From: Candidatus Hydrogenedentota bacterium
Lineage (GTDB): Bacteria; Hydrogenedentota; Hydrogenedentia; Hydrogenedentales; JAEUWI01
Direction: 5' to 3'
Assembly: GCA_030432675.1 (NCBI GenBank)
Contig: JAUIMA010000001.1
Span: forward strand, 1 to 53,100
DNA length: 53,100 bases
The notes beneath the pieces are model-generated. The model had not been told where the DNA came from. It saw only the letters and a program-made list of their open reading frames with translations, and made no database searches. The translations under genes and the position numbers were made by a program. Below, in pieces: positions 26,691 through 35,684 of the stretch (position 1 is the first letter of the stretch; each line of letters opens with the position of its first letter).

Positions 26691-28193
26691 GTGGCTGTTT
26701 TTTTAATGGGTACGGGTGCGCAGCACTCGCTTCAAAATGTCGTTGCACTCTTGGAAAAACAGCTACTAAGGACACAGGGTGTCCCCCGGCGCATCAACGC
26801 CTGGAGTGGCGATTTCCGACTGGAGGCAGAGCGGCCAGATTTTGATGCCCCTTTTTCGCGCTTTGCCGTGTACTTACCGAAGAGCTGGCCCGACGTTGGG
26901 GCACTGGAAGAAAAGACCCGGGGACTCGCGCCCTATGGTACCGTCTCGCACAATGAGGACAACGTCCAGTTTTCCTTCGTACCACCGGAAGGCGAAGGCC
27001 CTGAAAAAAGCCTGGAGGCCTTCGATTCCTTCGCGGCCGAACTGACCCTGCCCGAAGTGTGGCGGGCCGAGGGCGACAAATACCGCTTGGATCACATCAG
27101 CGCCGAACTGCTGTTCAAGGCCATCATTCAATATCGCGCCAGCGATGTGCACTTGTCCCCCGGGGTAAGTCCCGTATTTCGAATCGACGGCGAAACCCGC
27201 TCCTCTGATCTCCTCGGGCCCCTGTCGGCCGTTCAGATTGAGAGCCTGATTCGCGAGATGTCCCTCGACGAAGCGTGGAAAGAATTCGAAACCACCCGGC
27301 AAACCAGCTTTAACTACCATCAATCGGGGCTGGGCTATTCCCGGGTCTCGGCCTTCGTCAAATCCGGCGCACCCCATTGCACGATTCGCTTCTTGCCGGA
27401 GACCATCCCCAGTTTCGAAGAACTCCACGTGCCCAAGGACACCATGGTCAAGCTGGCGGAGCTCCACCGCGGACTGCTTCTGGTCACCGGCATGACAGGC
27501 AGCGGCAAGACCACCACCGTGGCCGCCCTCATCGATTGGATCAATTCGACCCGTTCCAGTCACATCCTCACTATCGAAAACCCCATCGAATTTGTGCACA
27601 CCAATAAGAAGTCTATCGTCTCCCAACGAAACCTCGGCATGGATGTGGACTCCTTCTATGACGCGGTGACGGGTGCGCTACGGCACGATCCGGATGTCAT
27701 TCTCATTGGTGAAATGCGGGACCCCGACACCATCCGCTCCGCCATCAACGCAGCGGCCACCGGCCACCTGGTGGTGAGCACGCTCCACGCCAACACGGCG
27801 GCCGAAGTGGTGAACCGAGTGCTCAGCTTCTTCGATCCCGTCGAGCGTGACTTGGTGAAACTTCAGCTGCGCGACTGTCTCCAGTGTGTCATCTGCCAGC
27901 GACTCGTGCCCAAACTCGGGGGCGGGCGCATCCCGGCTCTCGAAATGATGCTCAACGATGTAAAGGCCATCGCGGACGGCATTATGGAAGGCAGCACGGA
28001 CCATATCCGCATCGGCATGCAGCAGACCGTCTCCCACTCTTTCCTCTTCGAGCACTATCTCCACAACCTGTTAAAGCAGCAGAAAATCGATTTGGCCCAC
28101 GCCCAGGAGTTTGCCACCGATCAGAGTATGCTCGATCAGATTCGGATGGGTACCTATGCCGTACCCCGCCTGGAAGGGGTACGCGGCCACTAA
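26691..28193 (+). CDS. PilT/PilU-family type IV pilus ATPase with N-terminal extension
   Basis: ASDVHL, Walker A GMTGSGKT, TIENPIE, LRHDPDVILIGEMRD, His box TGHLVVSTLH; GTG 26691 after GGAGAGAGG. Confidence 0.9.
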   Translation: MAVFLMGTGAQHSLQNVVALLEKQLLRTQGVPRRINAWSGDFRLEAERPDFDAPFSRFAVYLPKSWPDVGALEEKTRGLAPYGTVSHNEDNVQFSFVPPEGEGPEKSLEAFDSFAAELTLPEVWRAEGDKYRLDHISAELLFKAIIQYRASDVHLSPGVSPVFRIDGETRSSDLLGPLSAVQIESLIREMSLDEAWKEFETTRQTSFNYHQSGLGYSRVSAFVKSGAPHCTIRFLPETIPSFEELHVPKDTMVKLAELHRGLLLVTGMTGSGKTTTVAALIDWINSTRSSHILTIENPIEFVHTNKKSIVSQRNLGMDVDSFYDAVTGALRHDPDVILIGEMRDPDTIRSAINAAATGHLVVSTLHANTAAEVVNRVLSFFDPVERDLVKLQLRDCLQCVICQRLVPKLGGGRIPALEMMLNDVKAIADGIMEGSTDHIRIGMQQTVSHSFLFEHYLHNLLKQQKIDLAHAQEFATDQSMLDQIRMGTYAVPRLEGVRGH

Positions 28194-28273
28194 GAGCAAT
28201 GCGCCCACCTGGGCTCGAATAACACCGATGCCCTGCCACAAGTCCGTGCCAACGGGAAGGCAGTCATTGCACG

Positions 28274-29794
28274 TCAGCCGGCCGACGTCACCCCCGCATC
28301 GAGGGCGGGCACCCCGTCTTCTGTTTTGGCGGGCGCGGGCGGAGGCGTTGCCGCCTTCTTACGCGCCAGGTGCCGCAATCGGTGGATGATGATCGCCTCA
28401 TTGCGAATAGAGACGGTCAGCGCAATCATGAACCAATAGGGTTCCATGATTCGAACAATCAGGAAGGAGATGGTGCCGAAGGAGTGCACGATGAGCGCGG
28501 CCGTAGCACCAAACATCCCCAACGCGATTCCCCGCGCCATCCAATCTTCAGTCCAGCGATAGGCCTGCCGGGTGGTCCGCAGCACCTGAAACAACAGGAA
28601 CACGAAAGCCACCAGCCCCACCACACCGGTTTCAAGCAACACGCGGGCATATTGGCTGTCCAGCACCGACTCCCACGACACACCGCCTCCGAAGAAAAAG
28701 AACTGGGGCCCGAGACTAAGGATGAATCCGACCTTCCGCCACACGTGCACCCGCTCGTAGGTGGACTTATCCACATTCACGCCGAGATCACGCCCCGCCA
28801 CCACCAGCTCGCGCCCGCCATCTTCTTGTATCGTATAGGCCACCCGCTCGATAACGGCCGTCGGCATGATCAGCGTCGAGGAAGCCAACAGCAATGCGAT
28901 AACTGCCAGAATGAAGTACTTGCGGCTCATGAGAGCGATCACGGTAAAGCCCACCAAGAGAGCGACGTATGAAGCACGCGATAGGGTGTAGAGCAAGGGT
29001 ATGAAACCCGCGCTAACGAGTAAAAAATACATACACTTGATGCGTATTTTCTTCGCCTGCAACGCCAATCCCAAGGCGACGCACAGGCAAATGACCAGGT
29101 AACCCCCGAGGGTGTTGGGCTCGGTGCCCCCCTTTTCAAAGGGTGCACTCACCCGGGGCGTTGTGCCAATGCTGTAAATGCCATAACAGCTCACGATCAG
29201 CATGACGATAAAAAACAACCCAATCGGGGCCCGGAGGTCTTTCGATGCCCGCACCGAGTGGGCCACCATGAAGAAGATAAGATAAAACTCCAACATCTTC
29301 AACATGACAAAGAAAGCGGTCCGCTTATCCCACGCGGGCAAGCTGCGCTCATAGGCCAGCAACGTGGCGAAGACACACACGGCAAAATAGGCCACAATAC
29401 CGGAATTGATAGGACTCGGCTGCCAGAGCGCCAAGCGCCCTTCGAAGGTAAGTTTGATCATGACACCAATGAAGATGACGATAATCAACAAGTCATCGTA
29501 GCGGATGTTCAGACTTCGATCGCCGTTGGCCGCAGGCCGCAATTCGATCTCCGGCGACAGCAACATGGCAATCAGGAGGATAAATAGACCGAATTCGACC
29601 CGAACCACCGTGCCACCGAAGACCACCATGCTGATGGCCAACGCTGCCGTGAGGCTGTCATTGCCGAGCACCAGGTGCTGGGCAACCAGCATCACGCTGC
29701 TGACGAGCATGAACGCGGCAAAAATCGGGACTTCCAGTTGACTCTCGGCAACTTCACCACGACCGATTCCGCGTTCTGATCGGAAGAATGCCAT
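28274..29794 (-). CDS. O-antigen ligase / Wzy polymerase-family polytopic membrane protein
   Basis: Many TM helices, R.SAPF...EPNTLGGY, TLSRASY, R..VW, DSQYARVLLETGVVG; directly downstream of wzc. Confidence 0.85.
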   Translation of the reverse strand: MAFFRSERGIGRGEVAESQLEVPIFAAFMLVSSVMLVAQHLVLGNDSLTAALAISMVVFGGTVVRVEFGLFILLIAMLLSPEIELRPAANGDRSLNIRYDDLLIIVIFIGVMIKLTFEGRLALWQPSPINSGIVAYFAVCVFATLLAYERSLPAWDKRTAFFVMLKMLEFYLIFFMVAHSVRASKDLRAPIGLFFIVMLIVSCYGIYSIGTTPRVSAPFEKGGTEPNTLGGYLVICLCVALGLALQAKKIRIKCMYFLLVSAGFIPLLYTLSRASYVALLVGFTVIALMSRKYFILAVIALLLASSTLIMPTAVIERVAYTIQEDGGRELVVAGRDLGVNVDKSTYERVHVWRKVGFILSLGPQFFFFGGGVSWESVLDSQYARVLLETGVVGLVAFVFLLFQVLRTTRQAYRWTEDWMARGIALGMFGATAALIVHSFGTISFLIVRIMEPYWFMIALTVSIRNEAIIIHRLRHLARKKAATPPPAPAKTEDGVPALDAGVTSAG

Positions 29795-29862
29795 GCCTGT
29801 CCCTTATCCTGTCCACACGGCGCGGCCACCGTGAAGGTGTCGGCCGGAAAACGCGCAATCGC

Positions 29863-32109
29863 TTAGAAGTGGTACCACTTGCGGCGCCCTGACGACCCGT
29901 CATCGTAGTAGTAGTAATAGTAGTAGTAGTGCCGACGGGTGGTTTCCAGTCCGTTTACCACCACACCCGCCACAGCCACCTTGGCCGTCGAGAGCAGCTT
30001 CTTCGCTCGAATGACCGTTTCGCGGCGCGCATTATTGGTTGATACGACCATCATGCAGGTGTCCACATGGGTCGCCAATAAGACCGGGTCTGTTACCACG
30101 AGCACCGAGGGCGCATCACAGATAACCAGATCAAAGGAAGCACCCAACTGGTCCATCAATTCCGCCATGTGGTCGGAACCAATCAACTCCGAAGGATTAG
30201 GGGGCACCCGTCCACTCGAAATAATCCAGAGGTTGTCTATCCGTGTCGGCCGAATGACGCTCTTCGAATCCAGTCCTTCGCGCAACACGTCGGCCAGACC
30301 CGGCCCACGCTCCATACGCAAGACGCGGTGCACATTGGGACGACGCAAGTCGGTGTCCACAATCAGGACCCGCATGCCGCGGTCGGCCATGGTAACCGCA
30401 AGATTTACCGCCGTCGTGGTCTTGCCTTCACCCGGCACGGCACTCGTCACCATCACCGTCTGGGGCTTGTCCTTAATGGTGGCAAACTGAAAGTTCGTCC
30501 GCAGGGTACGGTACGCTTCGGAGATGGGTGACTTGGGGTCGTGTTGGGTGACGATGCAGGAGTCGATTTGCTCCTCATCCACCGTGCTGACATAGGTCGC
30601 CCGCCGTCGTCGGCCACCCCGAGGCCGACCGAAGCGCATCCGCGGAATGGTACCGATCACTTCGAGGCCGATGTATTCGTTCACATCTTCGATGCTTCGA
30701 ATGGAAGTGTCGTTGTACTCGGTGACCATCGCAAAAACGAACATCACGATAAACCCGATGAGTCCGCCGATAGCAAAATTAACCCACTGCTGACGACTGC
30801 CGGGGACCCCCATAGGAACCGCCGATGCAATCGCGTCCTTCCGCTCCACGGAGCCCAGGCCCCGCTCGATATCCCGCCGAATCTCCATCTCCCGATCCGA
30901 GTACTGATTGAGCCGGGTCTCGATATTCTCCACTTCCCGCTTGAGCCGGTCCGAATCCACCTTGAGGTTGGCCAACTCGGGCACGCGGGGAATCAATTCC
31001 TCCCGCTCTTTCTTGATGGCTTGCTCACGCAACTCCAAGCCCGTCATCTGCAGGCGAATTTCAATCTGCTGACGATAAATCTCGTTGCGCTTCACCCAGA
31101 TATCACTGCCCCCGGGAACGCCCGAAGACTTTTGCTTCTCCGCCTCGAGGATAAGCGCCTGAGTCTCCGCGATGAGTTCTTCCAATTCAATCAGGCGCGG
31201 CCAGCTCGGTTGGTAAATCGCGCTAAGGGTCAGCTTCTCCTCCAGCAGTTTATCCAGATCCGCGAAAAGGCCGGTCACCAAATTGTCACTCGGCTGATTC
31301 AAGGACTCCGAAAACTGCTCGGAAGCCAATGCGAGTTCCGCATCCAGTTTATTCAATTTCTGCGTTGCGGCCACTTTGCTGACTTCGATTTCGCGCAGTT
31401 CCCGCTCTTTCTCGGCCAATCGCTGATCGATGTCTTCATAGTCCTGAAAACCATGGGCCTGCATGAATTCCAGCCGCGCCTGTTCCGCTTCGGCCAAATC
31501 GTCGCGAAGAGACTGAATGATTCCAACGGCATCTTCATGGCTATGTTGGGCCAACTCCAGATGGCGGTGGCGATTTACCTCCAAAAAGGCACGGGTGGCA
31601 AACTCAGCAATCGCATTCGCTTCTTCGGCCGTTTCGCAACGCTCCACATTGATATCGATGTACTGGTCGCCCTGGGCCGAAATCGAAATCTTACTCTGAA
31701 CCGAGGCGGCCAGCGAACGAAACTCCGCGGGAGAGACCACGTTACTGGTTCGACCGCCCGAAGCCACATCCGTCTGAATCATGGCGCGGGCCACCTCTTC
31801 CGCAAGCGTATTCAGACTCGTGCGTTCCACAAGACTTCCCGCCGTCATCACATAGGGAGAAGGGGGAGAATTGGTCATGATCCGGCTGGAGCGGCCATCG
31901 GCGACCACCAATTTACCGGAGGTCCGATACATCGTCTCGGCCGTTTCCTGGGTATACCACGCCACCCCACCAAAGGCCAGGGCACCAAACAATGTACCCA
32001 ACAGGAGGAGGAGCCAGCGATCAGAAAACACGTTCCAGACGTAGCGGAACTGGTTGTCCTGATTTTCCCGTGTGGTGTCTTCCAATACAGGCGCGTCTAT
32101 ACTCGACAT
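29863..32109 (-). CDS. wzc: Polysaccharide co-polymerase / BY tyrosine kinase (Wzc, PCP-2a)
   Basis: Two TM helices around a coiled-coil domain; SPISEAYRTLRTN, Walker A PGEGKT, A' DTDLRRP, B ICDAP, C-terminal Tyr cluster. Confidence 0.93.
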   Translation of the reverse strand: MSSIDAPVLEDTTRENQDNQFRYVWNVFSDRWLLLLLGTLFGALAFGGVAWYTQETAETMYRTSGKLVVADGRSSRIMTNSPPSPYVMTAGSLVERTSLNTLAEEVARAMIQTDVASGGRTSNVVSPAEFRSLAASVQSKISISAQGDQYIDINVERCETAEEANAIAEFATRAFLEVNRHRHLELAQHSHEDAVGIIQSLRDDLAEAEQARLEFMQAHGFQDYEDIDQRLAEKERELREIEVSKVAATQKLNKLDAELALASEQFSESLNQPSDNLVTGLFADLDKLLEEKLTLSAIYQPSWPRLIELEELIAETQALILEAEKQKSSGVPGGSDIWVKRNEIYRQQIEIRLQMTGLELREQAIKKEREELIPRVPELANLKVDSDRLKREVENIETRLNQYSDREMEIRRDIERGLGSVERKDAIASAVPMGVPGSRQQWVNFAIGGLIGFIVMFVFAMVTEYNDTSIRSIEDVNEYIGLEVIGTIPRMRFGRPRGGRRRRATYVSTVDEEQIDSCIVTQHDPKSPISEAYRTLRTNFQFATIKDKPQTVMVTSAVPGEGKTTTAVNLAVTMADRGMRVLIVDTDLRRPNVHRVLRMERGPGLADVLREGLDSKSVIRPTRIDNLWIISSGRVPPNPSELIGSDHMAELMDQLGASFDLVICDAPSVLVVTDPVLLATHVDTCMMVVSTNNARRETVIRAKKLLSTAKVAVAGVVVNGLETTRRHYYYYYYYYDDGSSGRRKWYHF

Positions 32110-32112
32110 AGC

Positions 32113-33591
32113 CTAGTCCTTCCGCACTTCCGCTCGGGCTTCAAGGGCCGCCAGAAAGGGATCCGTATGACCGAAGCCATCCATATCCAGACTGCGCTCC
32201 CAACGAATGTCTTCCGGCCGATCGTGAATGGTGGGTGTCACAAATATCATCAGCTCGCGGCTGGTGCGTGTGCGCTCTTTGTGTTTAAAGAGATTTCCGA
32301 AAATTGGAAGGTTGCCCAAGCCCGGAAGCTTCTGGATTACCGTATGATTGTCGGCCATCACAATGCCACCAATCACGAGTGACTGACCATCTCGTACAAT
32401 GCGTTGGCTGTTACTGCTACGCAGGGCGCGAACGGGCACCCCGTTGGAAACACCTACCGCCGTGGACACCTCGGGGGCCAGCTCGACCAGGACATACCGT
32501 CCGCCATCCGGGTCACGACGCACGTGGGGCACCACTTCCAGGACGATACCAATCTCCAGGAATTGCACATTCTCGACGGACGAGAAGCCCGCCGTGCCGA
32601 CTTCGGAATAGGGAAATTCTTCGGTCATACGAATCGTCGCCGGCTTGTGGTTTACGGTACCCACATAGGGGGATGCCAACAGTTCGGCCTTGTCATCGGC
32701 CACCAGGGCATCAAGCATTACGCCCAGATCAATGCCACTGTTCATATAACCCATAAACATCTGGCCGGGAGCCGCCACCTGAACCGGCACCTGGAGACGG
32801 CGATCAAAATCCCCTTCATCAAGGAAACGGCGACTCAATCCACCGCCCCGATTCCCCGTGTCGAGTGACTCATTAAACTCGGGGCCTACCGACTGGCGGA
32901 TCGAAGTCAACACCGCATCCTGCCGCGGCGGAGGCGTATAGCCACCACCCGCATGATCGCCCTGAACAAACCAGCGGATGCCGAGTTCCTTGGCCGCAGC
33001 GGTTTCCACTTCGACGATCTTGGACTCGATTAACACCTGCGTAATCTGGGACTCCATCTGGTCCAATTCGTGAATAACAGAAATCATGTTCTGCAGGATC
33101 CCCGATTCGTCCGTCAGAATCAGGCTGTTGGTATTGGGGTCGAAACTTACACTGCCACCTGCCGACGACATTCCGTTCAGGGCTTTCTCCAGGCCACCGG
33201 CATCCGCGTTGTTCAACGGGATAACCTTGGTCTGCATGGATTGGGTACGCATGACACCACCGGGAAGGGCCATGGCGCCCTCGATGCTACGAGAAACGGT
33301 CACCCGCGGATTCTTCAAAATGCTCTTGAATCCCATGGAAACCCGCGCACCCGCGTCGTTCAGACTCAGCCCCTTCAGCGTCACGTTGCCAATATAGGGC
33401 AATTCCACATTGCCCTTGCTGTCCAGCTGGGTCGTCGTCGACAATTCCGGCTGACGATGGACGTTGATGTACACCAAGTCCCCGGGAGTCAGGAAATCCT
33501 CTTTCATCGTTTCCGCTGCGGCGGGTATGATACCGAGGCACAGGCTGACGATAGAAAGAACGAGGGTGAACCGCGTTGACAGGCTTAACAT
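32113..33591 (-). CDS. Fusion of polysaccharide-export (OPX/Wza Poly_export) domain, secretin N domain and secretin C-terminal domain
   Basis: aa ~33-100 LTPGDLVYINV..QPELS....D..G...LPYIG.V...GL; aa ~120-180 VIPLNNADA...VSFDPNTNSLILTD; C-terminal QVLIESKIVEV...GIVLEVVPHV...DGQSLVIGG...LPGLGNLPIFGNLFK...ELMIFVTPTI. Confidence 0.88.
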   Translation of the reverse strand: MLSLSTRFTLVLSIVSLCLGIIPAAAETMKEDFLTPGDLVYINVHRQPELSTTTQLDSKGNVELPYIGNVTLKGLSLNDAGARVSMGFKSILKNPRVTVSRSIEGAMALPGGVMRTQSMQTKVIPLNNADAGGLEKALNGMSSAGGSVSFDPNTNSLILTDESGILQNMISVIHELDQMESQITQVLIESKIVEVETAAAKELGIRWFVQGDHAGGGYTPPPRQDAVLTSIRQSVGPEFNESLDTGNRGGGLSRRFLDEGDFDRRLQVPVQVAAPGQMFMGYMNSGIDLGVMLDALVADDKAELLASPYVGTVNHKPATIRMTEEFPYSEVGTAGFSSVENVQFLEIGIVLEVVPHVRRDPDGGRYVLVELAPEVSTAVGVSNGVPVRALRSSNSQRIVRDGQSLVIGGIVMADNHTVIQKLPGLGNLPIFGNLFKHKERTRTSRELMIFVTPTIHDRPEDIRWERSLDMDGFGHTDPFLAALEARAEVRKD

Positions 33592-33652
33592 GAGTTTTCA
33601 CTCCACAGGGTTATTTGATTCCGGGTCGCCTTAATGGGGAGCCGGTTATAGA

Positions 33653-35683
33653 CTACTGGGCTGGTGCTGCCTCGGTCGCTTCCGCGTTTCCTTCGGAAGC
33701 CTCCGCAGGTTCCGGTGTCGTCATGACGGCCGGATACTCATCAGCCGCATTCTCTTCACGACTTTCAACACCGGGCTCTGACATCATTTCGCCCGACATT
33801 GTTTCCGGCGTTGCTTCGGGAGCGGCTACCGGCGTATCCGGGACATTTTCCACATCCGAGGGCATCACAGGATTTGCCTCATCCGTACCGGCATCCGATT
33901 CTTCGTAGCTCAGCCATTCCAGATTTTTTTGCAACTCTGCCTTCATGCTCGGCTCGATGCCAGGCACCTGGATAGCACGCTGCCAATAGGTTGCTGCGGT
34001 TTCCATGAAGGCATCCCGATTCGCATCGGAAGTAGCCAAATCGGCGCGGATTTTATACAGCTCGCCGAGACTTCGAAAATCTTCATCCACGGTATAATTT
34101 CCCGGGAGAAAAGCAGCCTGAAGATACGCACTCTCTGCCGCTTCATACTCGGACTTCTGACTGTAAGCCCGGGCCAGGTAGCGCAGCATGGTCAACGCCG
34201 CCTGGGGGTCATTGGCGGGATCGGCCTGGTCCCGGAGCATATCAATGGCCTTATCATAGTCGCCCAGCTCGTAATAGAGCCGACCCATGATCGTTTCCGC
34301 CCGGGTCCGTTTGCGATGCAACGGGTTTTCCTGAATGAACGTAGCAAACCGCTCTACTGCGGCGGTGTAACGACGCCGCATTTCGTCTCGCGAGCGGATA
34401 TCGCCCAGGGTCAGGGCGTAGGCCGCGCGAAACTGGGCATCGGCCGCCGCTACGGGGTCCGCACCCACCTTATGGGCCAGGCTGTCATAGGCCCGAGACG
34501 CTTCCGGGTATTTGCCCTCTTTCATCAGGCGGCTGGCTTTTACTTCGAGATCTTCCGCCCGCTGTAGCACGGGGGCCACGACGTAAACGTATCCGGCCAC
34601 TACCCCCCCAATCAGGACAACCAATAACACGATCATGCGAACCACTTTGCCCGCCCGGCGTCCGCCACGGGTATGGCGTTTCGAACGACGGCGGGCTGGC
34701 GCCGCACTGTAGTCGTAAGACAAATCGGCGTCCATATCGACCGATGTGGGGCTGGTCGCACTGTAGGTTGGCAATAAACTCGGGGCAGGTGCTGCCGGGG
34801 TGGTCGGCGCAGTGGCCTCTTGCGGAGGACGCTTTCCAAGGGTCTGCATCAACTGCTCCGCTTCCGCGAGCGCTTCCCGTGAAGGCACTTTGGGCGATGC
34901 TTCGGGTGGCGCTGGTGTCGACGCGGGCTCCTCCGCTGGGGCCTCCTCGATAGCATTAACGCCTTCCGCGACGGAGTCCAACAAGGAATCCCAATCATCC
35001 GTCAGTGACCCATCCGCCTCAGGAACGGGCTCGGCAGGCCCATCGGGGGTCGATGGCGTGGCAGGGTCACCTGTCGGCTCCTCTGGCTGTGCACTGACTT
35101 CTTCAATCTGCTCCAACAGCGCCAACAAATCGGCTGACGGTGAAGACTCCTCCTCCGGTTCCGCAGGCACTTCTGCCGGTGAGGCCAATGGGGTCGTCGT
35201 CCGCACATCGTCGGGCGGCTCCGGGAATCCCGATTCCAGGCCCGCGACGATGTCCTTGAAGGCATCAACGGAGGAGCTCGGGGCGGGCGCACTCCCGCGC
35301 AGGGTATCGCTTCCGCGGTCGGGCACAAGATTACTATCCAGCGAGACATCCGAAAGCCCACCCGCGCCGCCATCATTTCCGTCGTCCACGTCAGACACGC
35401 CCTTTTCATAAAAACTCAGGGGTGCAGCGGGGTTGAGATCATCGTCACTCACGGAATCTTCGGGCTCGGAAACGGCCGGTGCCCCGTCCCGAATGGGAGC
35501 CCGTGTAAGGCCCGACATTTGAATGAAATCCAGGGAATTAGCGCGCTGCCCATCGGGCACCCCACTGCCAAAGCGGTCGTCATCGGGCATGCCCGCCAGC
35601 AAGTCACCGTCGATCGCATCGGCCGTAAAGGGATCGCTCCCTTCGCCGGAAAAGTCTTGCTCCTGTTCGGCACCTGACGCCAT
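33653..35683 (-). CDS. Bitopic membrane protein: long acidic/Pro-rich N-terminus, TM helix, TPR-like domain
   Basis: ATG 1 nt after the ExeA-like stop; basic patch RRRSKRHTRGGRR before the TM helix; TPR-like GRLYYELGDYDKAI and ARAYSQKSEYEAAESAY. Confidence 0.8.
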   Translation of the reverse strand: MASGAEQEQDFSGEGSDPFTADAIDGDLLAGMPDDDRFGSGVPDGQRANSLDFIQMSGLTRAPIRDGAPAVSEPEDSVSDDDLNPAAPLSFYEKGVSDVDDGNDGGAGGLSDVSLDSNLVPDRGSDTLRGSAPAPSSSVDAFKDIVAGLESGFPEPPDDVRTTTPLASPAEVPAEPEEESSPSADLLALLEQIEEVSAQPEEPTGDPATPSTPDGPAEPVPEADGSLTDDWDSLLDSVAEGVNAIEEAPAEEPASTPAPPEASPKVPSREALAEAEQLMQTLGKRPPQEATAPTTPAAPAPSLLPTYSATSPTSVDMDADLSYDYSAAPARRRSKRHTRGGRRAGKVVRMIVLLVVLIGGVVAGYVYVVAPVLQRAEDLEVKASRLMKEGKYPEASRAYDSLAHKVGADPVAAADAQFRAAYALTLGDIRSRDEMRRRYTAAVERFATFIQENPLHRKRTRAETIMGRLYYELGDYDKAIDMLRDQADPANDPQAALTMLRYLARAYSQKSEYEAAESAYLQAAFLPGNYTVDEDFRSLGELYKIRADLATSDANRDAFMETAATYWQRAIQVPGIEPSMKAELQKNLEWLSYEESDAGTDEANPVMPSDVENVPDTPVAAPEATPETMSGEMMSEPGVESREENAADEYPAVMTTPEPAEASEGNAEATEAAPAQ

Positions 35684-35684
35684 A

